The notes beneath the pieces are model-generated. The model was not told where the DNA came from. It searched no databases and saw only the letters and a list, made by a program, of their open reading frames with translations. Shown piece after piece: positions 42,097 to 50,580 of a DNA stretch of 64,000 nt (its first letter is position 1; every line of letters begins with the position of its first letter). The stretch covers positions 1 to 64,000 of the forward strand of contig JANNQV010000018.1 of NCBI GenBank assembly GCA_031400935.1, written 5' to 3'. The stretch is from Armatimonadota bacterium (GTDB lineage Bacteria; Armatimonadota; Fimbriimonadia; Fimbriimonadales; Fimbriimonadaceae). The translations under genes were made by a program, and so were the position numbers.

Positions 42097-42279
42097 GTCC
42101 GCCGTCTTCTGTTGCCGCTTCGATGAACCCCTCCTTCCCCCGTTAATCGGATCAAGGTTCGATGACGTCAGATTTCCTTGGAGGGTTGGATGTTGAGATG
42201 GGGGCACGATTGGATTTTTTCGAATTCACCCCACGTCGGGTATTTCTGTTTCTCGCCCTGCGAAGTCACCCATCTGATA

Positions 42280-42609
42280 CTAGTTCCCAGGCTCGGATAG
42301 GTCGTGCCCATCAATTCTGGCGATGACAATTCTGGACTTGTCATCCGTTTCGAATTGAATCGTCCATACATCGTCGGCTCTGGTTCCCCAGAAAAAGCGA
42401 TTGCCCTGCTGGCCAAAGAATCGCTCAGCCTCTGATAGTGGGCGGTGTTCTGCCACAAGTTTCTTGCACCACTCTCTCACTTGTTCTGATTGAGTAATCC
42501 ATCGGCTGGCGTCAAACGATCGGAGTGATTGGCCCACCAATATCAGAACGCCAAGCACAAGGTTTAGTAGAAGGCTCAATGTCAGCAAGACTACAAAACT
42601 TGACTTCAT
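42280..42609 (-). CDS. Hypothetical membrane-anchored protein
   Basis: MKSSFVVLLTLSLLLNLVLG... with a single TM segment, in the same orientation as the upstream operon. Confidence 0.5.
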   Translation of the reverse strand: MKSSFVVLLTLSLLLNLVLGVLILVGQSLRSFDASRWITQSEQVREWCKKLVAEHRPLSEAERFFGQQGNRFFWGTRADDVWTIQFETDDKSRIVIARIDGHDLSEPGN

Positions 42610-42716
42610 ACATGCAAGACGAGCCTTTCGCAGTTGATGCTCCATTTCAGGTGCAGGGTAACCCAAGAAACTTGTCCACGACCGTTTCGCGAAGAAAGCG
42701 ACGTGCAATCAAACTA

Positions 42717-43901
42717 CTAATGCTCTGAAGTAGCAATCCCTTCCGGCGCAATGTGAACCGGAGTTTCCAAAATCCCTTTCATCGTCATCAGGCCGATGAG
42801 GAGAATCACAAAAACCCCTGCAACGATCACGAAACCTCGTTTCGCAGGGTGCCTGGATTCAGACTTGTCAATCCAAGGCAAAGCAAACATCCCTATAGTT
42901 ATGGCTCCAGGAATGATGAGCGTTGCCACCATCTCCCATCCAGCAGGCATGATCTTTAGAAGTTCAAAAAGACCGAGGAAGTACCATTCCGGCCTTGGCG
43001 CAAATTCGGTTCCCGTTGGATCAGCCCTGCCCTCTAGGCCAGCAGGAAATGCATTCGCGAGAGCAAATATGATAGCAAGTCCCGCCACGACGACGACGGC
43101 GTCCTTGAAGAGCTGCCCAGGAAAGAACGGCTGCGGCTTGCCCTTTTGCGGAATGACTGGACCTGCGATGTGGTGACGACGAACTAGGTAAAGATGAATT
43201 CCTACAAATGCCATGAGAGACGCGGGCAATAGCATGACGTGCGCCGCATAAAAGCGAGTCAGAGTCAATGCGCCGACCTCGTTTCCTCCACGAATTAGCA
43301 CCATCATCATGTCGCCAACGACGGGAATCGTTCCTGCGATACGAGTTCCAACAACAGTCGCCCAATACGCCTTTTGATCCCATGGAAGCAGGTAGCCAGT
43401 GAATGAAAAGGCGAGCATGACTTGGAAGATCAGAACGCCAAAAACCCAAGTCAGTTCTCGCGGCTTTTTGTACGATCCCCAGAAGAAAACTCGAAGCGTG
43501 TGCATGACCATTGCCACGACAATCGCCGTCGAGCCCCAAATATGGAGTCCTCGCACTAACGAGCCAGCCGTCACGCCCTCTGTGATGTGTTTGACAGAAT
43601 CGTATGCCGATTGCGGGCTCGGGCTGTAGTACATCGCCAGGGCAACGCCGGTTGTAAATTGGAAAACCAATAGCGTCAAGAGCAAGTTGCCCAAAGTCTG
43701 CCACCAACCGACACCAGGAGGCATGGGCTCATCCAGATTCTTTCGAACAAATCCCCACCAGCCAATGCGCAGTTCAAGCCAGTCTTTGAGCCCAGGACGC
43801 TCACGGACCATCTGCTGCTCTGGCTGCTCGGGGCCGATTGTGACGATGGGACGTTCGATCGTCTCGCTTTTGGGTGTGGAAGTTGGTGGTTCCTTTATCA
43901 T
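42717..43901 (-). CDS. Cytochrome b subunit of a Rieske/cytochrome b complex (unsplit)
   Basis: RGLH...MHTLRVF, GYLLPWDQ, RFYAAH-x14-H and PEWY motifs. Confidence 0.93.
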   Translation of the reverse strand: MIKEPPTSTPKSETIERPIVTIGPEQPEQQMVRERPGLKDWLELRIGWWGFVRKNLDEPMPPGVGWWQTLGNLLLTLLVFQFTTGVALAMYYSPSPQSAYDSVKHITEGVTAGSLVRGLHIWGSTAIVVAMVMHTLRVFFWGSYKKPRELTWVFGVLIFQVMLAFSFTGYLLPWDQKAYWATVVGTRIAGTIPVVGDMMMVLIRGGNEVGALTLTRFYAAHVMLLPASLMAFVGIHLYLVRRHHIAGPVIPQKGKPQPFFPGQLFKDAVVVVAGLAIIFALANAFPAGLEGRADPTGTEFAPRPEWYFLGLFELLKIMPAGWEMVATLIIPGAITIGMFALPWIDKSESRHPAKRGFVIVAGVFVILLIGLMTMKGILETPVHIAPEGIATSEH

Positions 43902-43904
43902 GGC

Positions 43905-44468
43905 TTATACCTTTCGGCTCACAAAAATCTTGCCGTTTTCGATTTTGACGGGGTGCTCGACAAGTCCAGAAGGCGGCGGTCCAGAAACCACTTTGCCGAC
44001 TTCGTCAAAGACCCCTCCGTGGCACGGGCAGAAATATCGCTTCTGATCGTCTTGAAAATTGACTTTGCATCCCAGGTGGGTGCAAGCAGGATCAAAGCAC
44101 TTGACATCAGATTCAGTTCGGTGCAAAAAAACTGTGTATTTTCGGTCTACGGCTTGGTAGCCATCTACGATGTTCATCACATACGAAACTTCCCTCGTTT
44201 GGCCGAGTGCAAGGTCAGCGTCGTCCAAAATAGGCATCCATCGTTCGGTTAGCTTTGTTGAAATTGGAGCTGCCGCGAAGCGTACAACGGGAATTGCGAG
44301 AGCTAGTCCGACCGCGATGTTTATTCCAGTGACCAGCCATCGGAGAGCGGTTCTGCGGCTTACCGATTCGACATGCTCAGGCTCAAGATTGGTGCCGCAC
44401 GAACAAGCAGGAGGGCATCTCTTGCTTGGATCGGGTCCATCGGATTTAAATACATTCAGTTCTTTCAT
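43905..44468 (-). CDS. Rieske iron-sulfur subunit of the Rieske/cytochrome b complex
   Basis: SRRTAL followed by a TM segment; CTHLGC; CPCHGGVF; SGPPP. Confidence 0.92.
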   Translation of the reverse strand: MKELNVFKSDGPDPSKRCPPACSCGTNLEPEHVESVSRRTALRWLVTGINIAVGLALAIPVVRFAAAPISTKLTERWMPILDDADLALGQTREVSYVMNIVDGYQAVDRKYTVFLHRTESDVKCFDPACTHLGCKVNFQDDQKRYFCPCHGGVFDEVGKVVSGPPPSGLVEHPVKIENGKIFVSRKV

Positions 44469-44480
44469 AGCAGTGATCTG

Positions 44481-45611
44481 TTAGGGGTAATAGCGAATCG
44501 TGATTTCCTTTGCCGGTTCGTCGTAGACTCGAGCAACGACGTCCTCAGCGATTCGAAGCGACTTGTGATGGCGTCCTGGGCTTGGTTCTCGAAGGAATCC
44601 AATTTCAACTCCGGAAGCTGTTACCGCTTCGGTCACTTTCGTTAGAGACACCATGATCGGGACAATCCATGCGTGTTGGAACCGTGTGAACGGTGCCGAA
44701 ATCATGAGCGCACACACAAAAGCTAGGTGGTAGATGTAAATCGGCATTACCCAGCCAAATGCGGTTGTCCGATTGATTACGAGCGTGAGAATGCCGCTCA
44801 ATACGGTTTGGAAGAGTAGGAATACAAACAGATAATCGCGGCCAAGAGTTAGCCCGTTGTCAATGTACTCGTCGGTTTTGTACCGCTTCATGACGTAAGC
44901 GACGCCGATCAAAACCATGACTCCGGCAAAAATCGGAAGGATCTTCAGGGGGTTACTCAACGCCAAATCGGCTCGAGTCGGATTGAAAATCTGCATCAAA
45001 ATGTCAGCAGTAGCAAGGCCGATCATTCCATAGAGCATCAGACCGTGCATCGCCCATAGGTGCTTGCTCTTTCTCCAAAGGGATCCGACGAAGAGGCCGT
45101 CGAAAATGAGCGACTTCAAGGCAACACCGAGCGCTTTACCGTATCCAAACCTTCGTAGGGCTGGTTTCATATATTTGAATCCAGCCAGCTTCACCCAATA
45201 AGCGATTCCTCGAATCACGAAAATGAAACTGAACAAAGAAACTGCGAGGAAGATTTTGGCTACGTTTTTTGTAGTCAACATTGAGCCAACTTTAAAGGCA
45301 AGCGGGATCTGCTCTTCATTCCACGGCCTAGCTTTTACGTCATCGTAAATGGTCTTAGCATCCTCGTTTGACAGTTGTTCGACAGGCGTGCCCGGCATCA
45401 TGCCCTTTCCGTTTCGAACTGTGTTGAGGAACTCGATTTGTTCAAGTTTGGTCTGTGCTAGGGGAGGTCCTAAGCCGCCCATTGCAGTCATTCCATGGCA
45501 GCCCATGCATGACGAGCTTTCAAAGGCATCTTTCTTTTTGAGGTCAGTCTGGGAACCTGAAATGGTAACAATTAGAATCAGTAATCCGAGAATTGAAATC
45601 AGTTTTCTCAT
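44481..45611 (-). CDS. Fusion of a monoheme cytochrome c and a NarI-like membrane heme b domain
   Basis: Signal peptide; CMGCH with GP and a distal MP; then about 5 TM segments with WAMH and H-x17-H (YH...PFTRFQH). Confidence 0.8.
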   Translation of the reverse strand: MRKLISILGLLILIVTISGSQTDLKKKDAFESSSCMGCHGMTAMGGLGPPLAQTKLEQIEFLNTVRNGKGMMPGTPVEQLSNEDAKTIYDDVKARPWNEEQIPLAFKVGSMLTTKNVAKIFLAVSLFSFIFVIRGIAYWVKLAGFKYMKPALRRFGYGKALGVALKSLIFDGLFVGSLWRKSKHLWAMHGLMLYGMIGLATADILMQIFNPTRADLALSNPLKILPIFAGVMVLIGVAYVMKRYKTDEYIDNGLTLGRDYLFVFLLFQTVLSGILTLVINRTTAFGWVMPIYIYHLAFVCALMISAPFTRFQHAWIVPIMVSLTKVTEAVTASGVEIGFLREPSPGRHHKSLRIAEDVVARVYDEPAKEITIRYYP

Positions 45612-46300
45612 GGTGCAACCTCCTCAAAAACTTCGGGCTTTGCCGCTTGACCAAGAGTCGAGACGTCTTGCGATGCCATCGGTCCAAGATATCGTCCCGA
45701 TGGTTTTGTTCCTGCTTCTGGCAACAGGCAGAACGGATCACGATCCGTTTCATCCTGCTGCTCTTTGATGTACATTCTCAGTTTGCCTTTGGGGTCGTCT
45801 AGATCGCCAAAAATTCTTGCAGTTGTCGGACAAGCCACAACACACGCTGGGTCAAGTCCTTCATCTACCCGGTGAGCGCAATACGTGCATTTCCTCGCGA
45901 TTCCAGAGTTCAATCTTGGCTTGACATTGTCCCTTTCATAAGGCTCATCTTCGTTCAAATACCAAAGTTCGGATTCTTGAAGAATGATGTTTCCGTACGG
46001 GCATGCGGATACGCATGCGCCAGTCCCACGGCATCGGTCTTGGTCAATCAAAACGATCCCATCGTGCCTCTTTACGATTGCCTTGTTCGGGCAGGCCTTT
46101 AGGCAAGGAGGGTCCTCGCAGTGATTGCAAAGGACTGGGATGTAGAGCCGTTTTACATTTGGATAAGTGCCCGACTCTACATTGATCACTCGCGCAAAGA
46201 AGACATCCATGGGGGTGCCGTTTTCTTGTTTGCAAGCCACCGTGCATGCATCGCACCCAATGCATCGGGTGAGGTCAATGAGCATAGACATCTTAGGCAT
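45608..46300 (-). CDS. 4Fe-4S dicluster subunit (NrfC/DmsB/PsrB-like)
   Basis: CIGCDAC, CNHCEDPPC, CRGTGACVSACP (one Cys replaced by Thr) and KCTYC motifs. Confidence 0.92.
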   Translation of the reverse strand: MPKMSMLIDLTRCIGCDACTVACKQENGTPMDVFFARVINVESGTYPNVKRLYIPVLCNHCEDPPCLKACPNKAIVKRHDGIVLIDQDRCRGTGACVSACPYGNIILQESELWYLNEDEPYERDNVKPRLNSGIARKCTYCAHRVDEGLDPACVVACPTTARIFGDLDDPKGKLRMYIKEQQDETDRDPFCLLPEAGTKPSGRYLGPMASQDVSTLGQAAKPEVFEEVAP

Positions 46301-48738
46301 TACTTCACGCTCCTAATGTCGACACGAGTATCTTTCCAGTGCTGACCAGGTGCATAGACAGCAGGTAGATAGTAGTTTTCGTGAGTTGCTTTCACCTTTT
46401 GATGGGTGTGGACAGAATGGTACTTTCCGCCTCCCAAATACCGGTCCCACCAACCGTGGTCAACGCAAAGCACACCGGGTTTGATCGTTTCCGTCAGCAA
46501 TGCCCAGAGCTTGTAGGATCCGTTGTAATTGAAGATTTCGACCGGGTCGCCATCGCGAATCCCGCGTGCAGCGGCATCGCGCGGATTGATTTCGACGACG
46601 GCTCCCCGGTTCAGGTTGAGCAACAGTCGATTGTTGCTGTGAGTCGAGTGAACTCGCCACTTACTGTGGGGAGTAACGATGCTAAGTGGGAGTTTTTGAT
46701 CCTCGACTGGCAGGTGTGAAAACGCAGGTTTGTAGATTGGAATTGCCTCGCCGAATTGGCGAAACACATCTTCCTCTTTGTAAAATTCCATCCGTCCGGT
46801 CTTTAGGAACTCGCGCTGAGCGCCTTCGGGGAATGGATACGCTCGAGGAGGGAACAGCTTGTCTTCCAGAAATTGCTCATCACATCCGACTTCAGGATCG
46901 TGAACATTAAGTCGAACAGGGCCCTGCAGAAGCTTTTCGTAAGTTATTCCTGCGACTTCTTTGCCGCCGCTTGCAAGCATCATGTCGATGATTTCCGGCT
47001 CTTCAAAGTCCATTTCTTTGAAAAGAGTTGGGTCTACTCTGCGAACAATTTCTTTAACCATCCAGAGTTCAGTTCTGCTATCGTATTGTGGGGAAACGAC
47101 CTCCTGTTGGATTTGAAGGTATGGGTGGCACGATGTCCCAACCAACTCTTTCTTTTCCCAAAAAGTCGGGGCAGGAAGAACGACATCGCTGTAATCACAC
47201 GTCGGCGACATCGAAAAATCAATCGTCACGAAAAGATCAAGCTTGTCGATCGATTCCTTTAGTGGCGTCGAGAATTCAGTGACTAACGGGTTTCCGTGAG
47301 AAACAAACAGTGCTTTGAAACCGTTTTTTGGATACTTGATCTTCGGGTTAATCGTTTCCGTCGGCTGACCCATCACAAAGTAGTGCATTGGCACACCGTT
47401 CGGTCTCTTTCCATCTGGGAACCACCATTTGCTCACATCTAGCCTAAAATGGTGTTGGCCGGAGTAAATGGAAACGGATTCGCCTGGCTTTCCGTGTGCA
47501 CCCACCAATGCAGATAGAAGCAAAATTGAGCGAATAGTAAGGTCGCCGTGAAGTCTGTGATTGACGCCCATTCCAATGATGATCGAACTTGGCCGATTGA
47601 GGGCATATTCCTTTGCAATCTCACGTATGGTTTCGGCTGGTATGTCGCAAGTCTTCGCTACGATTTCGGGCTTGTATTCATCCCGCATGATCGTGTCTTC
47701 GAGCGTTTGGAAGACAGGCGTGACCTTTACTTGGTTTCCGCCAATGGTAACAGTTTGCGTTCCTCTAAAGGATGGCTTTAGACCTTCAGGAAGCTTCAGT
47801 GATTCGGTTGGCAGCTTAGCCAAGGAATCCGTTGTCTCATCCCAAACCATGAACTCCATATCGGTTCCCGATCCAACATCAGATGCCCGGAGACGCTGGC
47901 CGTTGTCTTCTCGAATGAGAGTGCAGACGTCCGTGTATTTTCTTAGGAATTCCCAATCAACCCAGCCGCCTTCTAGCACGGTGTAGCACATGGAAAGGGC
48001 TAAGAGTCCGTCTGTGCCTGGGTGGATCGGTGCCCAAAGGTCGGCACCCTTGGCAGTTTGGCTGCACCGTGGATCAATGACAATGATCTTGCAGTTGTTT
48101 CGCTGTTTGGCGACTGTAGTAAGAAATTTTGCGTCTGGAATTCGAGTTTGAAACACATTGCTTGACCAAAGAATGGCAGTTTTGGCGTGCCCCCAACTCT
48201 TGGTTTCGCATTCGACGCAGTCAATGCCCATGGTATGGGTAAAACCCATCGAAATGTCGCCATTGAAATCGTATGCTGTCGCAAAGCTCATCCCGAGAAG
48301 CGCTGCCATTCGTACTTGGGCGCCCTTTTGCACATATCCTGTTCCAACAACTTGGTTGAAAAGGAGCATACTTTCAGGGCCGTAGTTGTCCCGAATGTGA
48401 GTCATTTTGTCGGCGATGTAGTCAAGGGCTTCATCCCAGCTAACTTCTCGCCATTTTCCTTCGCCTCTCTCGCCAGCCCGAATGAGAGGCTTTTTGACTC
48501 GATCCGGCCCATAGATCAAGTGGGTCATCGCCATTCCGCGCAAGCAACCGCGAGGATTGTATTCGGTGCAAGGATAATCTGCAGCCGGCTTCAGGTCTAC
48601 AATAACGTCGTCAACAACCGTCGCCAACCAGCCGCATGCGCCCGTGCAATTTGGACTATCGGTGGTGCGCACTACGCGAGTTTCGCCAGGTGCCTTGGTC
48701 GCGCCTTGTCTGCCGGGAACCGAATATCGAGTTGCCAA
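46300..48738 (-). CDS. Mo-bisPGD oxidoreductase, type II (Asp-ligated; Nar/Pcr/Ser/Nxr-related), substrate unassigned
   Basis: DSPNCTGAC...NPRGCLRG; AYDFNGD; TRIPDA; TPHSKWRVHST; 812 aa; no twin-arginine signal; GAGGAG RBS with TTG start. Confidence 0.85.
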   Translation of the reverse strand: MATRYSVPGRQGATKAPGETRVVRTTDSPNCTGACGWLATVVDDVIVDLKPAADYPCTEYNPRGCLRGMAMTHLIYGPDRVKKPLIRAGERGEGKWREVSWDEALDYIADKMTHIRDNYGPESMLLFNQVVGTGYVQKGAQVRMAALLGMSFATAYDFNGDISMGFTHTMGIDCVECETKSWGHAKTAILWSSNVFQTRIPDAKFLTTVAKQRNNCKIIVIDPRCSQTAKGADLWAPIHPGTDGLLALSMCYTVLEGGWVDWEFLRKYTDVCTLIREDNGQRLRASDVGSGTDMEFMVWDETTDSLAKLPTESLKLPEGLKPSFRGTQTVTIGGNQVKVTPVFQTLEDTIMRDEYKPEIVAKTCDIPAETIREIAKEYALNRPSSIIIGMGVNHRLHGDLTIRSILLLSALVGAHGKPGESVSIYSGQHHFRLDVSKWWFPDGKRPNGVPMHYFVMGQPTETINPKIKYPKNGFKALFVSHGNPLVTEFSTPLKESIDKLDLFVTIDFSMSPTCDYSDVVLPAPTFWEKKELVGTSCHPYLQIQQEVVSPQYDSRTELWMVKEIVRRVDPTLFKEMDFEEPEIIDMMLASGGKEVAGITYEKLLQGPVRLNVHDPEVGCDEQFLEDKLFPPRAYPFPEGAQREFLKTGRMEFYKEEDVFRQFGEAIPIYKPAFSHLPVEDQKLPLSIVTPHSKWRVHSTHSNNRLLLNLNRGAVVEINPRDAAARGIRDGDPVEIFNYNGSYKLWALLTETIKPGVLCVDHGWWDRYLGGGKYHSVHTHQKVKATHENYYLPAVYAPGQHWKDTRVDIRSVK

Positions 48739-48806
48739 ATCGTGTACTCCTCAAGAAGCGAACAGCTTCAATGAGGATATTTTTGTATGTTTCTGGCTTT
48801 CTGACC

Positions 48807-48820
48807 ATGACCGTCGTCAT
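48807..48820. promoter_or_regulatory. Crp/Fnr-type operator ATGAC-cgtc-GTCAT
   Basis: Perfect palindrome about 70 nt upstream of the type II molybdoenzyme operon. Confidence 0.75.
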
Positions 48821-48862
48821 ATTTGGATTGTTTTGTTCGGGGAACAAGTTAAATGAGTCGGC

Positions 48863-49000
48863 TAGGACTTGCAGGTCAAATAGGACTTATTCGACAAATG
48901 TAACAGATGGCACCTATCTGTCTTACCCGTCCTATTTGACCAATAAGTCCTATTTTGGAAGGCAAACCCGAACCAAGCCGAACTAACCCGAACCTCGCCC
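48863..49000. repeat. Nested palindrome plus 10-mer tandem repeats
   Basis: GGTCAAATAGGAC pairs with GTCCTATTTGACC, and ATAGGACTTATT with AATAAGTCCTAT; CCGAAC recurs with period 10 at 48965-48995. Confidence 0.7.
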
Positions 49001-49704
49001 TAATTCCTCAAAACTAGCTCAAGCGCATTTGGGTCGGCAATGGTGATGTGCTGATGCTCGGTCGTCACCATGCTGATTTTGTTCCACTTTGATAACGTTC
49101 GAATCGTTGTCTCGGTAGTTGTTCCAGACATCTCACCGAGTTCTTGGCGTGTGAGGGGAATCGTCAATCGAATAGCGTTTCCATTTTTCTCGCCATAAGA
49201 TTCTGCAAGCAAAAACAAGATAGCGGCGATTCTTTCCTCGACTCTGCCAGTCGAGAGCCTCGCCATAAAGTCAAGCTTTGAGTGCATTTGTAGGGCGACT
49301 TTCTTGACAAGCCTTTGCTGAATCACCGTGCTTGCCTCATAAATCGGCGTAAAAACGCGCTTTGGAATCCTGAGATACTGCGTTTTTGTCAGTCCGTAGG
49401 CGCTTAGCGGGCAGCCATCGCCGCTTACAGTTCCAAGCAAGCCGAAAATCTGCCCCGGTCCCATGATTTCGAGGGTAACTTCTATTCCGCTCGAATTGCT
49501 GCGGACCATCTTTACAAAACCAGCCCCGACAAGTCCAAAAAAATCGGTCTGGCTTCCGTCAAACCAAATTAGCTCGCCGCGATCGCACTTTGAGAGGCGC
49601 GACTGTTCTGCCAATCTTTCAAAGTCGGCTTCCGAAATGCCTCCGAGAAGTGTATTTGAACGCAGAACTCTTCGAACCGAATTCTCTAAAGCTACGGACC
49701 GCAT
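49000..49704 (-). CDS. Crp/Fnr-family transcriptional regulator (DNR/HcpR-like, no N-terminal Cys cluster)
   Basis: cNMP-binding-type domain (GPGQIFG), VEERIA, and HTH LTRQELGEMSGTTTETTIRTL. Confidence 0.92.
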   Translation of the reverse strand: MRSVALENSVRRVLRSNTLLGGISEADFERLAEQSRLSKCDRGELIWFDGSQTDFFGLVGAGFVKMVRSNSSGIEVTLEIMGPGQIFGLLGTVSGDGCPLSAYGLTKTQYLRIPKRVFTPIYEASTVIQQRLVKKVALQMHSKLDFMARLSTGRVEERIAAILFLLAESYGEKNGNAIRLTIPLTRQELGEMSGTTTETTIRTLSKWNKISMVTTEHQHITIADPNALELVLRN

Positions 49705-49771
49705 ATTCAGTTAGTTTGGCATAACTAGATCAAGTTCATTCTTGAACGTGGCCATTCGCGAAATGAAGCTG

Positions 49772-50554
49772 CTATGCTGTCCCAGCAACAACTCCGCCAA
49801 CGTGCCCAGCCCACGAGAGAATAAACATTCCGGCTGCGGCAAGAATGTAGTAGATGATCCTCATTGTGACGTTCATCTTCTCGTGCCGATGGACACGCAT
49901 AAACACCAATGTCCACATTATCACCGTGGCAAGCAGAGTAAAAATCAAATGCTGCTGGACATTTCCTCGCAACGGGAACTTCATCATTACCATCGCACCC
50001 AATCCAGTGACAACCGCAGCCAAGGATGTGATAGAGGCAAGGACAATGTTGTACCAGCCTGCATGAAGCAGAGTTTTGTCTTTCCGTACCAACCCAAGAA
50101 AGTCTAAGAGCAATCCAGCGATGAACAAGGCAATTGGAAAGTGGACAATCGCCGGATGATGGGCTGACTTTGGAAGCATCGGGTTTTCCCTTTCTTCGGC
50201 TTCAACTGGTACAGAGGTTGTGGCCTTTGCACCACCAAGCTTAGGATCACCTGGAACTCCGCCATTTTTCCACTCGTCGCCATTCGAGACGCCGTCACCG
50301 TCTGAGTCCTCGGATTCAACTGCCAGAAAGAGTGCTGGACCCAGTTCCAGACCCTTTGTATTTATGGCGCTGCCATATTTGTTAAATTCAAAGTCATCGT
50401 TTGAAACATGGCAATTCGCACATTCCCGTTTTCCAGCATCCGACTCTGCCGAGAAATTGTATTGCTTTTTTAGTGCAACCAAATACTCCTCTGTTGCCGT
50501 CGAAGCCGGCATTAGAACTGCAAACAATAATGTGATTCCGATCCATCGGATCAT
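49772..50554 (-). CDS. Monoheme cytochrome c domain fused to a DUF2231-like four-TM domain
   Basis: Signal peptide; CANCH; DSDGDG; HPAIVHFPIAL, QQH and GHVGG motifs. Confidence 0.82.
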   Translation of the reverse strand: MIRWIGITLLFAVLMPASTATEEYLVALKKQYNFSAESDAGKRECANCHVSNDDFEFNKYGSAINTKGLELGPALFLAVESEDSDGDGVSNGDEWKNGGVPGDPKLGGAKATTSVPVEAEERENPMLPKSAHHPAIVHFPIALFIAGLLLDFLGLVRKDKTLLHAGWYNIVLASITSLAAVVTGLGAMVMMKFPLRGNVQQHLIFTLLATVIMWTLVFMRVHRHEKMNVTMRIIYYILAAAGMFILSWAGHVGGVVAGTA

Positions 50555-50580
50555 TGAATTCCTCCTATTCCAAGCGCAAA

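Noticed and set aside
41410..42207. Long antisense or alternate-frame ORFs (also 43021-43707, 56220-56915, 35916-36560, 54037-54681)
   Set aside because: They overlap well-supported genes and show no recognisable motifs.
46300..48738. Calling the gene narG or nxrA
   Set aside because: It is about 400 aa shorter than NarG, its FS0 motif matches neither, the beta subunit is not NarH-sized and there is no narJ.
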